From: Candidatus Kerfeldbacteria bacterium
Lineage (GTDB): Bacteria > Patescibacteriota > Patescibacteriia > UBA9570
Direction of reading: 5' to 3'
Assembly (NCBI GenBank): GCA_016182495.1
Contig: JACPGK010000032.1
Span: 23,917-87,916 of the forward strand
DNA length: 64,000 bases
How positions within the stretch are numbered: the first letter of the stretch is position 1; each line of letters begins with the position of its first letter. Made by a program: the position numbers and the translations under genes. Positions 39,301-47,715 of this stretch are shown here, piece after piece. Below the pieces are notes generated by a model that saw only the letters and a list, made by a program, of their open reading frames with translations, made no database searches and was not told the origin of the DNA.

Positions 39301-41854
39301 CAGCTGATTTATCTAAGTGTGGTCCATTATCATGTAATATATTTCGAGTGGCGCGTTCTAACCGAGCCACCACCACGGCTGGATCTTCGGCAGCGTTAAT
39401 TAAGCCTTGCTGTTGAGCTTGTAAAAATAATTCTAACCGAGTTTGGCGCCAGCCAGTGGCTACCTTGGCGGCTTTGTCTAAATATTCACCGGGTTGAATA
39501 GCATTAGGAGCAATGTTGAAGTCAGACCCACTAACTTGAATATCTTGGGCATTGGCTAACCCCATTTTTTCTAAAATTACTTTAATTGATGGTGTGGCAA
39601 ATAACCGCTCCATAAAATTACCACCCGTTAATGGCGTAGCTGGGGGCGGTGGTGGAGCAGCCGCCGTAACGCCTGAATCAGTTAATGCCAAGGTCGTAAT
39701 GGGTTTGCCATCAAAAGCAGATTTTATCACTACATGATTCTGATCAGTTTGTTGAATAATAAACTGGGCGGCTTTATCGTGCAGGTCAGTTAATTTAGCT
39801 TTTATTTCTTCGGAGAGTAATGCAATTGGCTGTCCTACCGGCACTGTTTCACCGGCGTTATCTTTAAATACTTCCAACAACCCTTGGGCACTAACTGCTA
39901 AACGATATTGCAAAGTATCGGATAGTTTTACCACAAAGGCTTTATCTGGTGATAGATCCACTAGGGTAGGTTCAACGGCGCGCATCACGGTTTCTCCTGC
40001 GTCAACTGTATCTACCGTAATACGCATTTCTCCCAAAGGTTTGCCAGTTTGCTCATCAAATAATTTTAAATTCGAACCATCGGCTTTAACCTGCAAATTA
40101 TTAGGATCAATGTTACTGGGTAATTCACTACTGGTCATAACCTGATGCGCTTGATTAAACACAGTAATGCGACCATCAGCGGATACTTCTGCTACAGCTG
40201 ATTGACCGCCTACTGTTAATTGAGTTGGGTGTGGTAATGATGGTGCCGGCGGCTTTGACCAGGGTAGATGTTCTTTAAGATAAGTAACAGGCCAAGTAGC
40301 TGCCAATGCATCCATGGCCATAGCGGCTGCTCCACCAAAGGCGCCACTCACAATAGCCGATCGCACTATAGCGGCTCGTTCACCTTTTTCTAAATGTTTT
40401 TTAAGATGAGCTTCGTTGGCTTTTAATGTCAATAAATTAGTTGAAGCAATCCGAGCCAGAGTTTGTTTAAGATGATCCTGCTGACCAGTATTGCTAGTAG
40501 CATTATGCCGTTCCAAGGCTTGATCAAAGGTCATCACGGCGCGCTGAAAATTATCTAACAAATCATTTTGCGCTTTAAAACGATTATCGAGTCCGAACGA
40601 AATATAATCTTGACGCTCATCACCTTTGGCTAGGCGCGTGCGCAATAACCGATTTTGCACATCGGCAATCACCGCATACGATTGTTCTAAGGTATGCTCG
40701 ATACTATTCCCACTGCCAATAACGCCTTGCAAAGCTTGCGTAACGGCTGCTAAATCGCGATTGATATCGGAAGCACTACGCACAATTCCAGCTGGGCCTG
40801 CGCCAACAGCGGCATCAATCCGACGCTGACGTTTACGTTCTTTACCATTAAAATATTCACGCACCGCTCCGGCGGCTGCTCCAGCCCCAAAGGCCACTGC
40901 TAAACCACCGCCACCGGCCAGTAGACCAGCGCCCAAGGTGCCACCAATCATCAAGCGGTTAATACCAAGACGAGTAGCAGCTCCCCACACTGTGCCACTC
41001 AATAACACCATCCGACGAACTCGGCCCCACTTGGTTTGATCGTGCCGATAATCGGTTGAGCTTAATACTTCTACTGATTGCGCTTGGGCTAGTTGAGCTA
41101 CTTCAGAACGTAAAATAAAACGGAGATGATTTTCTACGGCTCGTTTTATATTGGGATCAGCGGCGTTAACATATTCTGGATCCCCCGGTTCACCAATGTC
41201 GAGCAGATTATCAAAATCGAGTTCGGCTACTATTTTATTAATACCAGTCCGATAATCGACGTTAGCTAATAATTCTGGCAATTCCAATTCACCGCGCTGA
41301 AAGCGTTCAATTAAATTTCTAAAAGCAACATTACGATCATTAGCCAACTCTAGATACTGTTCTAAACGTTGCTTGCGAGCTTGCCGTTCTAAAGCATCCT
41401 TGGCTAACGCCATCATATCGGACTTATGAGCTATGATACTAGCTTTTCTCTCTTTAACATCAGTGCCTAACCCTTGACCAAATACTTCAATAGCTTCGTG
41501 CCAGCGGTTGGCAATATGGCGATGTAATTTGTACCACGAGGTGGATCGTTTTTTCTGATTGAATTCATGACGTGCCTCAACATTGGAACGTAATGTAACA
41601 TGACGTTCAATTTCTGCTACCACTTCGGCTAGTTCACTGCTTTTTAAGCCTAGCTCATTAGCATGATCAACTAAATCATCAATCACGTCGTCTTCGAGTA
41701 AAGCAGAACTAGCTAACGATTCAGCTCGATTGCGATTTTGTAAATGATTACGCAATTGATCAGCACTAATGTTTTCACCTGACCGCCGGCCAGCTCGGCT
41801 AGTTTCAACCTGTTGCTGCAATGGGCGACGAAATCGTTCAGCAGATATAGCCAT
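33314..41854 (-). CDS. Giant (2,846 aa) membrane-anchored protein of unknown function, helix-rich with Pro-rich hinges, internal repeats, an Ala/Pro/Glu-rich spacer and a roughly 110-aa C-terminal domain
   Basis: Single uninterrupted ORF. Gly-zipper TM pair around residues 285-330 and a third hydrophobic segment around residue 500; no catalytic motif recognised. Zero-nt gap to ileS. Confidence 0.8.
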   Translation of the reverse strand: MAISAERFRRPLQQQVETSRAGRRSGENISADQLRNHLQNRNRAESLASSALLEDDVIDDLVDHANELGLKSSELAEVVAEIERHVTLRSNVEARHEFNQKKRSTSWYKLHRHIANRWHEAIEVFGQGLGTDVKERKASIIAHKSDMMALAKDALERQARKQRLEQYLELANDRNVAFRNLIERFQRGELELPELLANVDYRTGINKIVAELDFDNLLDIGEPGDPEYVNAADPNIKRAVENHLRFILRSEVAQLAQAQSVEVLSSTDYRHDQTKWGRVRRMVLLSGTVWGAATRLGINRLMIGGTLGAGLLAGGGGLAVAFGAGAAAGAVREYFNGKERKRQRRIDAAVGAGPAGIVRSASDINRDLAAVTQALQGVIGSGNSIEHTLEQSYAVIADVQNRLLRTRLAKGDERQDYISFGLDNRFKAQNDLLDNFQRAVMTFDQALERHNATSNTGQQDHLKQTLARIASTNLLTLKANEAHLKKHLEKGERAAIVRSAIVSGAFGGAAAMAMDALAATWPVTYLKEHLPWSKPPAPSLPHPTQLTVGGQSAVAEVSADGRITVFNQAHQVMTSSELPSNIDPNNLQVKADGSNLKLFDEQTGKPLGEMRITVDTVDAGETVMRAVEPTLVDLSPDKAFVVKLSDTLQYRLAVSAQGLLEVFKDNAGETVPVGQPIALLSEEIKAKLTDLHDKAAQFIIQQTDQNHVVIKSAFDGKPITTLALTDSGVTAAAPPPPPATPLTGGNFMERLFATPSIKVILEKMGLANAQDIQVSGSDFNIAPNAIQPGEYLDKAAKVATGWRQTRLELFLQAQQQGLINAAEDPAVVVARLERATRNILHDNGPHLDKSAALHEAFQGKDTAFIRSHELRFVDGSGAPDYVGVNQRWMQLVEQARAIREAAAVAAAPAPTGDTIVGDIVSTNPDVRLLLLQDIYQPVGTSRVLTELALASAADRWEAGLVDKLGASVILAGGILGEQMLGASAIADNNRSANHSEHIISTDEQVRAVNLDHPEAIAQAEQTDSQVETQAQPDLVAVQRLMTELQQHWQRNELTAEVRTKEHDAKDRLNKLRELYRIHCMATFSGVGSLRLQNGATLNDRLTAINQQTETHGRLLDQTICDRTTRLATAVTTAWQPLATDIQARLASGNGTLVEWQTLLANLRATALNPINDLHLDVTTVTQLPQFLNPPVYLAMQTQVTGLHAAITALEGQFASAVASYEAHDHALAELRHHFGDPFITALDAEIQQEATRTSHQFNRPARVVMYNFAVVQAQAVMRLHPGLGVGNELLEHLGLTDTSGRLATGAPLRRVLQGIIRGTPNVLVTINQERQQGQAVEQEVNRIKQIFGDNFFTALAAAVQASEVATGRNYTAAERLGMYHLAIVQARTVLAAQTGMQLGVEFLQHVGLVDVRGQLVPTRVRQVCAGIMATAADIFALPTAAGAGPAAAAGAAPGAPVPPHPPQAAPNPAELARQALERRVATAPVGNAAQQAELQDLGRQFNQLQAIVGQAFMGRFETTIQGIEHQRQQSIPNSEITAMLRHALQAITTYRLSGNRTVSQATRGEFFQAIGVHQADGTDNPAVWQRLMYDIIDRQPNIFDLGVPTNPAERIRQLGGQLEQVLGERFSNDLQAAIRTAETDANVPFTDNVVVEMLDNLLQQLRNFRLADGSTVTADNNMDFFAEVRIVDRLGRLQRRRLQDIFTRIIQRSASIFELKKTPAELRSEINHLRDVVGTTFGESFRDQLMLALTGAAPELESQRNALLAFIGSWNRHLVGPRGLALTAATPDQRVAVLADDVSAMVARAVNFERDIIQLIPETTDPTTAIIEDLRTSFDFDDSFFTPLLASLRTHLSNPDKQAAAMRRLVNTVRALRVSLQWQPLRNVALDLPLLAALGLVDSATHLVNEAEVTAMAERLAKNQKPLFRMDIAFHTPEEQLQLDRQLSELRDLYGNVFVRGFTEAMTTRGLTLSQQLAVLEYFRTQVADALTTIPAAEFNGHTITDLATVSEANIIAGADTIVKQCVADLAQTTVANPVASGAPSPSERTPITTEQVAAATALVSRLNTEVLQPANEVFVQIGEVKKHCENADSAASRVSDDTTRTVEQGLKQRLVALQATLNTVQTAMPDELKRAPVRNPSGRGFTDPASFAALCQRELDNRSYVLNGALKARLRWFIAHVEVPKIPKKPPLDVAGAQAYRTVLTDTIEPRLALIQADGKVLELPPADARASEQAQRDYNKLIGAINGFRQVLDGFFRAQVDLPERLASKQERITKIFGDKLGKDITHRITTLVANPVDQIRIIDHLLNERRLNRNLVDRRFEQDLGIATGLVEDDTPNTERLTEIVERANRGEANIYRDSGEAEPTGAELERHNQLAQAMRVIVRNFGGTFTDFIFARLLDLPNELLQAPQAQTLAQAVQELHATVQPAATENIGVAVQRASGLVSAEHQFSNERLGTVLTNIKNGKTLAADVFDYPIDLGKKSGRSGRSSAAGARPWVTEAPRVVVAAGVDEHKGLGNLAELFNGEQAKVNALPEFIDLRTMLNHPALIEALRVGLVHVKETRRKPNLDSLQLALSPDNNAGRTVADTLKAVGLVQANDEPYQPAVAALLTTLGKKPNQVNLKTILRDLPQPPAEPVPAPAPAAVAVEEPAATPAIPIKKGRVKAKTRVDEPVVQDVNKPARKSRKPIVAEALAAEPVEAPAAAAPAEIQAAVPIADEAASAAETPAPVEEAVVPVAEPVAVEPDALKAEAKQWVKFGNLGKQVPDWIKSPAVVTALREALTNEGVFIKPIVTKLRDGLRDDDRAKALRGPALVAAFHLDTPAGMATLVERLKNKAIQAKQLFEFPG

Positions 41855-41856
41855 AG

Positions 41857-42168
41857 TTATGGTTGAGTAAATTCAACATACTCTTGCTCAAATTGTTTGA
41901 TGGCCGTTTGTAACTGTTGCGATAAATCTGGAATGCGACTATTTAAAAAAGTTGTCACCTCGTTTTGGGGTGCTTCGCGTTGTATTAAGCTGGCATACTC
42001 AACGGCATCATTATCGGATAATTGTTCGGTGATAATAGTTTCTAAACGCTGCTCTAATTGCAACGATAAATCCATAATCATTTTTTCTTCCAGGGCTTCA
42101 GGCAACACCGTGGCATGCACGGTGCGAACAAGATTCTTTAAAAAGGCGTATAAACGTGGGTCAGTCAT
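41857..42168 (-). CDS. Small acidic helical protein (103 aa) encoded 2 nt upstream of the giant gene
   Basis: ORF translationally coupled to the giant ORF (stop 41857, giant start 41854); sits directly behind a consensus promoter. Confidence 0.5.
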   Translation of the reverse strand: MTDPRLYAFLKNLVRTVHATVLPEALEEKMIMDLSLQLEQRLETIITEQLSDNDAVEYASLIQREAPQNEVTTFLNSRIPDLSQQLQTAIKQFEQEYVEFTQP

Positions 42169-42180
42169 AAATAACAGAAC

Positions 42181-42208
42181 ATTATATACAAAAAACCAAT
42201 TTTGTCAA
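42181..42208 (-). promoter_or_regulatory. Near-consensus sigma-70 promoter (TTGACA, 16-nt spacer, TATAAT on the minus strand) driving the small-ORF / giant-gene operon
   Basis: The reverse complement of 42203-42208 is TTGACA and that of 42181-42186 is TATAAT; the start codon at 42168 implies a very short leader. Confidence 0.55.
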
Positions 42209-42258
42209 GAGCAAATGACAAATAATTATTAACTCACTGATACACAAAAATAATTATA

Positions 42259-42843
42259 TCACAATTTTTTACTTCTGGCAAGCGGCGGCGGAAAAATTTC
42301 AAAATAAATTCCAAAATTTGTTGAGTCTCCGGCACGATGAGAATAAAACTTGTCGTTATTACATTGTGTGCAGGCGCGCAGCATTTCGATGTGCCCCAGT
42401 GGCACTCCACAGCGTTTAGCTTGGTGTACATTTTCTACTTGAATATCAATATCGTTATAACAACATGGGCCGATCGCCGGACCAATGCCAACGTAACTAT
42501 CACGCGCGCCTAATTTAATTAGGGCTTGCGGTAAAATTTGTTTGATCGTTCCTAAAAAACCAGCATGCAACACACCACCAAAACCGCGTTTGGGATTATA
42601 TACCAAAATCGGTACGCAATCAGATACACCAATACGTAAGCGGATGCCTGGTTGTCGGGTAATTAAACCATCGGTTTGTGGCAATATGTTAACGGCTGCA
42701 TTCGTTACCACGGTAACGGTATTGCTATGCACCTGTTCAGCTTTCACATGATACGGTTGGCGGTGCTCGGTGTGACGCGTAGAAATACCGTGATCAATTG
42801 TTGAAAACTGTTGAAATAATTTGAATTGAATTAAATCAGCCAT
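42259..42843 (-). CDS. pgeF: Peptidoglycan editing factor PgeF / YfiH (DUF152 laccase-domain) family
   Basis: DHGISTRH, VHSNTVTVV, DGLITRQPGIRLRIGVSDCVPIL and HAGFLGT motifs. The start is moved to MADLIQF (42843), giving an 8-nt overlap with the upstream gene. Confidence 0.75.
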   Translation of the reverse strand: MADLIQFKLFQQFSTIDHGISTRHTEHRQPYHVKAEQVHSNTVTVVTNAAVNILPQTDGLITRQPGIRLRIGVSDCVPILVYNPKRGFGGVLHAGFLGTIKQILPQALIKLGARDSYVGIGPAIGPCCYNDIDIQVENVHQAKRCGVPLGHIEMLRACTQCNNDKFYSHRAGDSTNFGIYFEIFPPPLARSKKL

Positions 42844-43978
42844 GATACACTTGATCATACACTTGTAAGGTCTCTTGAGCACATTTGGTCCAAGAAAACT
42901 GTTTAACGCGCTGACGGCCAGCTCTGCCTAACCGTTGGCGCAGAGCAGCGCTACCAACGACTCGATCAATCGCTTGTTGCACAGCTCGAGTAGATTGTGG
43001 GTTCACTAATACACCGGCTTTCCCCACTACTTCGGGCAGTGACGCTACGTTTGAGGTAATCACTGGCACACCGTAACTCATGGCTTCGACTACCGGCAAA
43101 CCAAAACCTTCATAAAAAGATGGAAACACAAAGGCTGTGGCACAGCGCAGCAAAGCTGCTTTTTGCAGACCAGTGACATAACCAACATAACGAATGTGGC
43201 CTGATTTGACTGCTTGAATGGCTTCATAGTTTTTATGAAACTGATAACCCTTGGCACCAGCAATCACTAGTTGCACGTCGTGGTAGCGTTTTGGTTTAGC
43301 TTTGGCCAAGCTATCGAAAGCCGTAATCAGGCCAGCAATATTTTTGCGTGGTTCTAATGTACCGATATATAACAGGTAATGCTCCTGCAAATGCCAGGGT
43401 CGCAACACTCGGTAAGCCCCTAACTTGGTAGGCAACTGGGGAGCAGCATAACCTTCATAAATTACTCGAATATGGTTGGCTGGCACTTTAAACTGACGTC
43501 GGATATCTTGAGCGGTTGATTGCGATACGGCGATTACTGCATTAGCTCGCTGGACACTTTTTGGAACTAATACGTTAATGGAAAAATTTTGCTTGGGTGG
43601 AAACCATTCCGGGTGTTGGTAAATAGCCAAATCATGAACCGTCACCACGGTAGGCTTATGGTACTGTAATGGAATACTGTTGGCTGGAGCATGAAATACA
43701 TCTAACTGGGCTTGATTAAGCGTTCGGCTAACCATCAAGTGAGAATAGGCATAGGGTAAGTAGCGCTTATATTCCGATAATGGAAAACGCACAATTTCGG
43801 TACGACGACGTTTAAATTCGTGCGCGTTATTAGCGCGGTGATCAAAAAATAACACATAGGTATTACGCTGATCAATCTGTAATAAATTTTTAACTAAATA
43901 ATACGTATAGTGCCCTACTCCGGCTTTTTCACCATGCGCCGGACTAAGGATAGTGCGACAATCAATACCAATGCGCAT
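42836..43978 (-). CDS. GT4-family glycosyltransferase
   Basis: C-terminal EGFGLPVVEAMSYGVPVITSNVASLPEVVG on a GT-B fold. Confidence 0.8.
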   Translation of the reverse strand: MRIGIDCRTILSPAHGEKAGVGHYTYYLVKNLLQIDQRNTYVLFFDHRANNAHEFKRRRTEIVRFPLSEYKRYLPYAYSHLMVSRTLNQAQLDVFHAPANSIPLQYHKPTVVTVHDLAIYQHPEWFPPKQNFSINVLVPKSVQRANAVIAVSQSTAQDIRRQFKVPANHIRVIYEGYAAPQLPTKLGAYRVLRPWHLQEHYLLYIGTLEPRKNIAGLITAFDSLAKAKPKRYHDVQLVIAGAKGYQFHKNYEAIQAVKSGHIRYVGYVTGLQKAALLRCATAFVFPSFYEGFGLPVVEAMSYGVPVITSNVASLPEVVGKAGVLVNPQSTRAVQQAIDRVVGSAALRQRLGRAGRQRVKQFSWTKCAQETLQVYDQVYHG

Positions 43979-43981
43979 AGC

Positions 43982-45616
43982 TTACATTTTTTCCGGTGCG
44001 GAAATGCCCATTAATTGCAAGGCATTGCGCAACACCACTTGGGTAGCCTGCACTAATTGTAACCGCGATCGTTCTACTGAACCATCGTGTTGAATAATCC
44101 GGTGACTGGAATAAAACTTATGAAAGGCGCGGGCTACATCTAACGTGTACTGGGGCAGCTTGTGCACTTGATAGTTCTCCCCTATTTGGGCCAGTACATC
44201 GGGGAATTGAAATAACTTTTTGGCTAAATCTTCTTCGGCAGCGGTGGTTAATTGAATCGAAGCCGGCGTATGATCAGTCACTTTTTGCAACAAGCTACAA
44301 ATACGGGCATGAGCATACTGCACGTAGTACACTGGATTTTTATCGGATTGTTCGCGGGCTAAATTTAAATCAAAATCCATGTGAGTATTAGAATCGTACA
44401 TTAAAAAGAACCACCGAGCGACATCTAAACCAATCTCTTCAATTAATTCTTGCAACGTTACAAAGGTGCCCTTACGTTTCGACATGCGTAATTCTTTACC
44501 ATTAAACATCAACCGCACCAACTGCACAAAAATAATATCCATTTGCTGGCGATGTCCAATGGCTGCTAGAGCTGCTTCCATCCGCCCTTTAAAGCCGTGA
44601 TGGTCGGCCCCCAATAACCATACCCAATGATCGATGTTACGATCTTCAAACTTATCCAATAAATATAAAATGTCTGAAAAAAAATAGGTCTTGCTGCCAT
44701 CCTGTTTAATAATCACCCGATCTTTATCGTCGCCAAACCGGCTGGAAGCAAACCACGTGGCGCCAGCTTGTTCATAAATTAATTGATGGTCGCGTAAAAA
44801 AGCCATGGCCCGTTCCAGGTTGGCTGGTGTATGCAAACTTTTTTCTGATTTCCACACATCATAATGAATCTGCAACGTATCTTCTACAAACGATTTAATC
44901 TGGCTAGTCATTTTTTCTAACGCCCAATCTTTAATTTGATCACGTAAGCCAGCTAGAGCTGCTTGGCTACCAAGTTGCACATCCGGCAACTGCACTTGCT
45001 TGGCCAGATCAATAATATAGTCTCCCCGGTATAATTCATCGGGATAATCCACCTTAATACCTTGATGCTGTAGATATCGTCGTAACACCGATTCGGCTAG
45101 CACTTCTACCTGATTACCAAAATCGTTAATGTAGTATTCAGCAATCACTGTATAGCCGTTAGCGCGCAACACTCGCACAATCACATCGCCAGTAAAGCCA
45201 CCGCGACCGTTGCCCAAATGTAATGGTCCGGTTGGATTAGCTGATAAAAACTCTGCCAGAATAGTTTTGTGTTTTGGTTTACCGCGACCATACTGATCGC
45301 CTTGTTCCAAAATTAAACGCACCCCGCCAGCTAAAAATTCATCATTGACAAATATATTTAAAAAACCTGGGCTCACTACCTGCACATGATCAAGGCCAAC
45401 CATATCTAACTGGCTGGCTAAATCGTTGCCAATCTCAATGGGGTTGCGTTGTACCAACTTGGCTAGCTGCATGGCTACGTTACTGGCGTAATCACCTTGA
45501 GTGCGATATGGCGGATTAGTGACATCGAATTCAGGCACAACAAAACTCGGCCAAGTATGACTTTGCTGTAAAGCAGTAATGGCCTGATTAATTTTATCAA
45601 CGATAATAGCTTTCAT
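43982..45616 (-). CDS. argS: Arginine--tRNA ligase
   Basis: SANPTGPLHLGNGRG and an anticodon-binding (DALR) C-terminus. Confidence 0.9.
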   Translation of the reverse strand: MKAIIVDKINQAITALQQSHTWPSFVVPEFDVTNPPYRTQGDYASNVAMQLAKLVQRNPIEIGNDLASQLDMVGLDHVQVVSPGFLNIFVNDEFLAGGVRLILEQGDQYGRGKPKHKTILAEFLSANPTGPLHLGNGRGGFTGDVIVRVLRANGYTVIAEYYINDFGNQVEVLAESVLRRYLQHQGIKVDYPDELYRGDYIIDLAKQVQLPDVQLGSQAALAGLRDQIKDWALEKMTSQIKSFVEDTLQIHYDVWKSEKSLHTPANLERAMAFLRDHQLIYEQAGATWFASSRFGDDKDRVIIKQDGSKTYFFSDILYLLDKFEDRNIDHWVWLLGADHHGFKGRMEAALAAIGHRQQMDIIFVQLVRLMFNGKELRMSKRKGTFVTLQELIEEIGLDVARWFFLMYDSNTHMDFDLNLAREQSDKNPVYYVQYAHARICSLLQKVTDHTPASIQLTTAAEEDLAKKLFQFPDVLAQIGENYQVHKLPQYTLDVARAFHKFYSSHRIIQHDGSVERSRLQLVQATQVVLRNALQLMGISAPEKM

Positions 45617-45776
45617 AAAACCGATTGGAATTATAGCATACTTTTATATTGAAAAATTATAGTAAACAAAAAACTCTTGTTCTTTAGGCAAATCACCATA
45701 GGGTGAAGCTTAACAATTTATACATATAAGTATAAAATAACAACTATGATTAAGCGTCAACATACTGCACCAGCTT

Positions 45777-46715
45777 GTGATTATTGATGAAATCCAGCAT
45801 CTGCCAACATTATTTCCATTGTTACGAGCGTTGATTGATCAGCAGCGCCAACCAGGGCAATTTCTAATTTTAGGCTCTGCTTCTCCACACCTTTTACGAC
45901 AGGCTTCTGAATCATTGGCTGGACGAATCATTTATCATGAATTAACACCGTTGACATTAGCTGAATGCACGCCTCACCCATATACCTGGAAACAATTATG
46001 GTTGCGCGGAGGATATCCTGAAAGCATGCTAGCAAACACCGATACTATTAGTTACCAATGGCGGCAATCATTTATTCGTAACTATATTGAACGTGATATC
46101 CCACAATTACAGGCAATCCGAACATCAGGCGCGCAGTTACAACGACTATTATTAATGTTAGCCCATAGTCATGGTCAGCTATGGAATCGATCAGCCATTG
46201 CTAAGGCCCTCGGTATATCAATGCGTACCATTCAACAGTTTGTTGATTTATTCATTGATACATTTCTAGTACGACAACTCCAGCCTTATCATGTTAACCT
46301 CAAAAAAAGATTAATTAAAACTCCAAAACTCTATTTCCGAGATAGCGGTATTATCCATACACTGCTGAATATTCAAACTCTAGATCAACTGCATAATCAT
46401 CCGGCCGTTGGTGCTTTATGGGAAGGATTTGCCATCGAGCAACTACTGAATATATTACCGTCCACTTGGCAATATTATTTTTATCGTACACACACTGGCG
46501 TAGAAGTTGACTTGCTGCTAATTTCACCAACTCATCAGCACATTCTTGTAGAAATAAAATATACTCTATCCCCCACTCTATCACGAGGTTTTTGGGAAGC
46601 CTACCAAGATTTATATTGTCACAAAGCCTATATTCTTTATCCAGGGACAGAACACTATAACCTAGCTAAACATGTAACAGTGTTGCCTATAGCTGCGATA
46701 TCGACGGTAGCATAA
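45777..46715 (+). pseudogene. N-terminally truncated DUF4143-type AAA ATPase (begins at the Walker B, lacks the Walker A)
   Basis: Starts IIDEIQHLPTLFPLL (Walker B region); only about 160 nt of non-coding sequence lie upstream, and a short out-of-frame ORF MIKRQHTAPACDY precedes it. Confidence 0.45.
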
Positions 46716-46770
46716 TTGAAGAGCAGCCACACTGTTCAGAAGCACAATTCTAGGCTATGCTTACACACCT

Positions 46771-47217
46771 ATGCCTACGTTGGTACACAATCAGCGTCTT
46801 AAATTCGACTATGAAATTTTGGAGAATTTCACAGCTGGTATTGTATTAACCGGTGCTGAAGTAAAATCATGCAAGCGTAAACAAGTGAGCTTACAAGGGG
46901 CTTACATTATTATTGAAGGCGGTGCGGCCTGGTTAAAAAATGCTCGCGTCAGCCCCTACCAAGCCAACAATCAACGACACTACGACCCGTTACGCCTGCG
47001 TAAATTACTGCTGCGCCGAGTAGAACTAGCTAGCCTAACTGGAAAACTCCAACAGGCTGGCTTGACATTACTGCCGGAATCCTTGTATACTCAAGGCGGT
47101 TTAGTGAAAGTTAAACTGGTTCTAGTGCGCGGCCGTAAAAAAGTTGATAAGCGCGCTTTGATCAAAAAACGAGATGTTGATCGTCGCATTGCTCAAGCTT
47201 TGCGCCGAGCAATATAG
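46771..47217 (+). CDS. smpB: SsrA-binding protein
   Basis: KFDYEILENFTAGIVLTGAEVKS and a basic C-terminal tail. Confidence 0.9.
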   Translation: MPTLVHNQRLKFDYEILENFTAGIVLTGAEVKSCKRKQVSLQGAYIIIEGGAAWLKNARVSPYQANNQRHYDPLRLRKLLLRRVELASLTGKLQQAGLTLLPESLYTQGGLVKVKLVLVRGRKKVDKRALIKKRDVDRRIAQALRRAI

Positions 47218-47286
47218 TTAATAAACGTTCCCACCCACGTTGCTTCGTAGAGGGCTTACCCATCGGAGCCACGCAGTGGCGTAGGT

Positions 47287-47684
47287 GGGGATGTGTATAT
47301 CATTGATAGGTTCGTTCTTTATAGTATCGGCTAGCAATGCCCAGCATCATTTCAAAGGCTGAAACTTCTAAGTGCAAACTTAGTTCAAAAAGTAAAAGCC
47401 AAGGTGGCCGCGTTATCTAACGCGTTCCGTCCAGCTTTTGCTCCTGTTGTAGCTTAATTCTACAACCATCCAGCAGGCTGATCTCTGATAGGCCTGTGCG
47501 GGTGTCATATTCATCGGGGTCGGTAGCTGTGTAGCTGGTGCTTAGCTGCCTAAACTATGGCCAGATCGGTTAACACTGTTTGGTGTCATTTTCAGGTGTT
47601 AGCTTAAATTCAAACGGCACTACGCTAGTAGATGATATTATCAAGCCAACCTAGACGCGGGCGTAATTCCCGCCATCTCCACCA
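47287..47684 (+). ncRNA. ssrA: tmRNA (SsrA), standard one-piece; predicted tag ANLVQKVKAKVAALSNAFRPAFAPVVA
   Basis: 3' end GACGCGGGCGTAATTCCCGCCATCTCCACCA (T arm plus acceptor plus CCA); the 5' GGGGATG pairs with CATCTCC; the resume context TAAGTGCAAAC resembles E. coli TAGTCGCAAAC; an in-frame TAA lies at 47455; the gene is adjacent to smpB. Confidence 0.7.
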
Positions 47685-47715
47685 CGTTTTACCTAATCGT
47701 TAAATCAGCACAGGT

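Noticed and set aside
33441-40829. Numerous 60-110-aa plus-strand ORFs inside the giant gene (for example 33441-33731, 35532-35864, 36738-37007)
   Set aside because: They are antisense to one continuous 8.5-kb ORF and have low-complexity Ala/Ser/Arg-rich translations typical of reverse-strand frames in GC- and Ala-rich coding DNA. No start or RBS context is evident.
42844-42882. Longer pgeF start (MLKRPYKCMIKCIM)
   Set aside because: It would overlap the upstream glycosyltransferase by 47 nt. The ATG at 42843 gives the usual 8-nt overlap and a conventional YfiH N-terminus.
47229-47290. Inverted repeat CCCACCCACG...CGTAGGTGGG considered as a rho-independent terminator of smpB
   Set aside because: No U-tract follows, and it overlaps the 5' end of the tmRNA. 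A precursor-processing structure is more likely.
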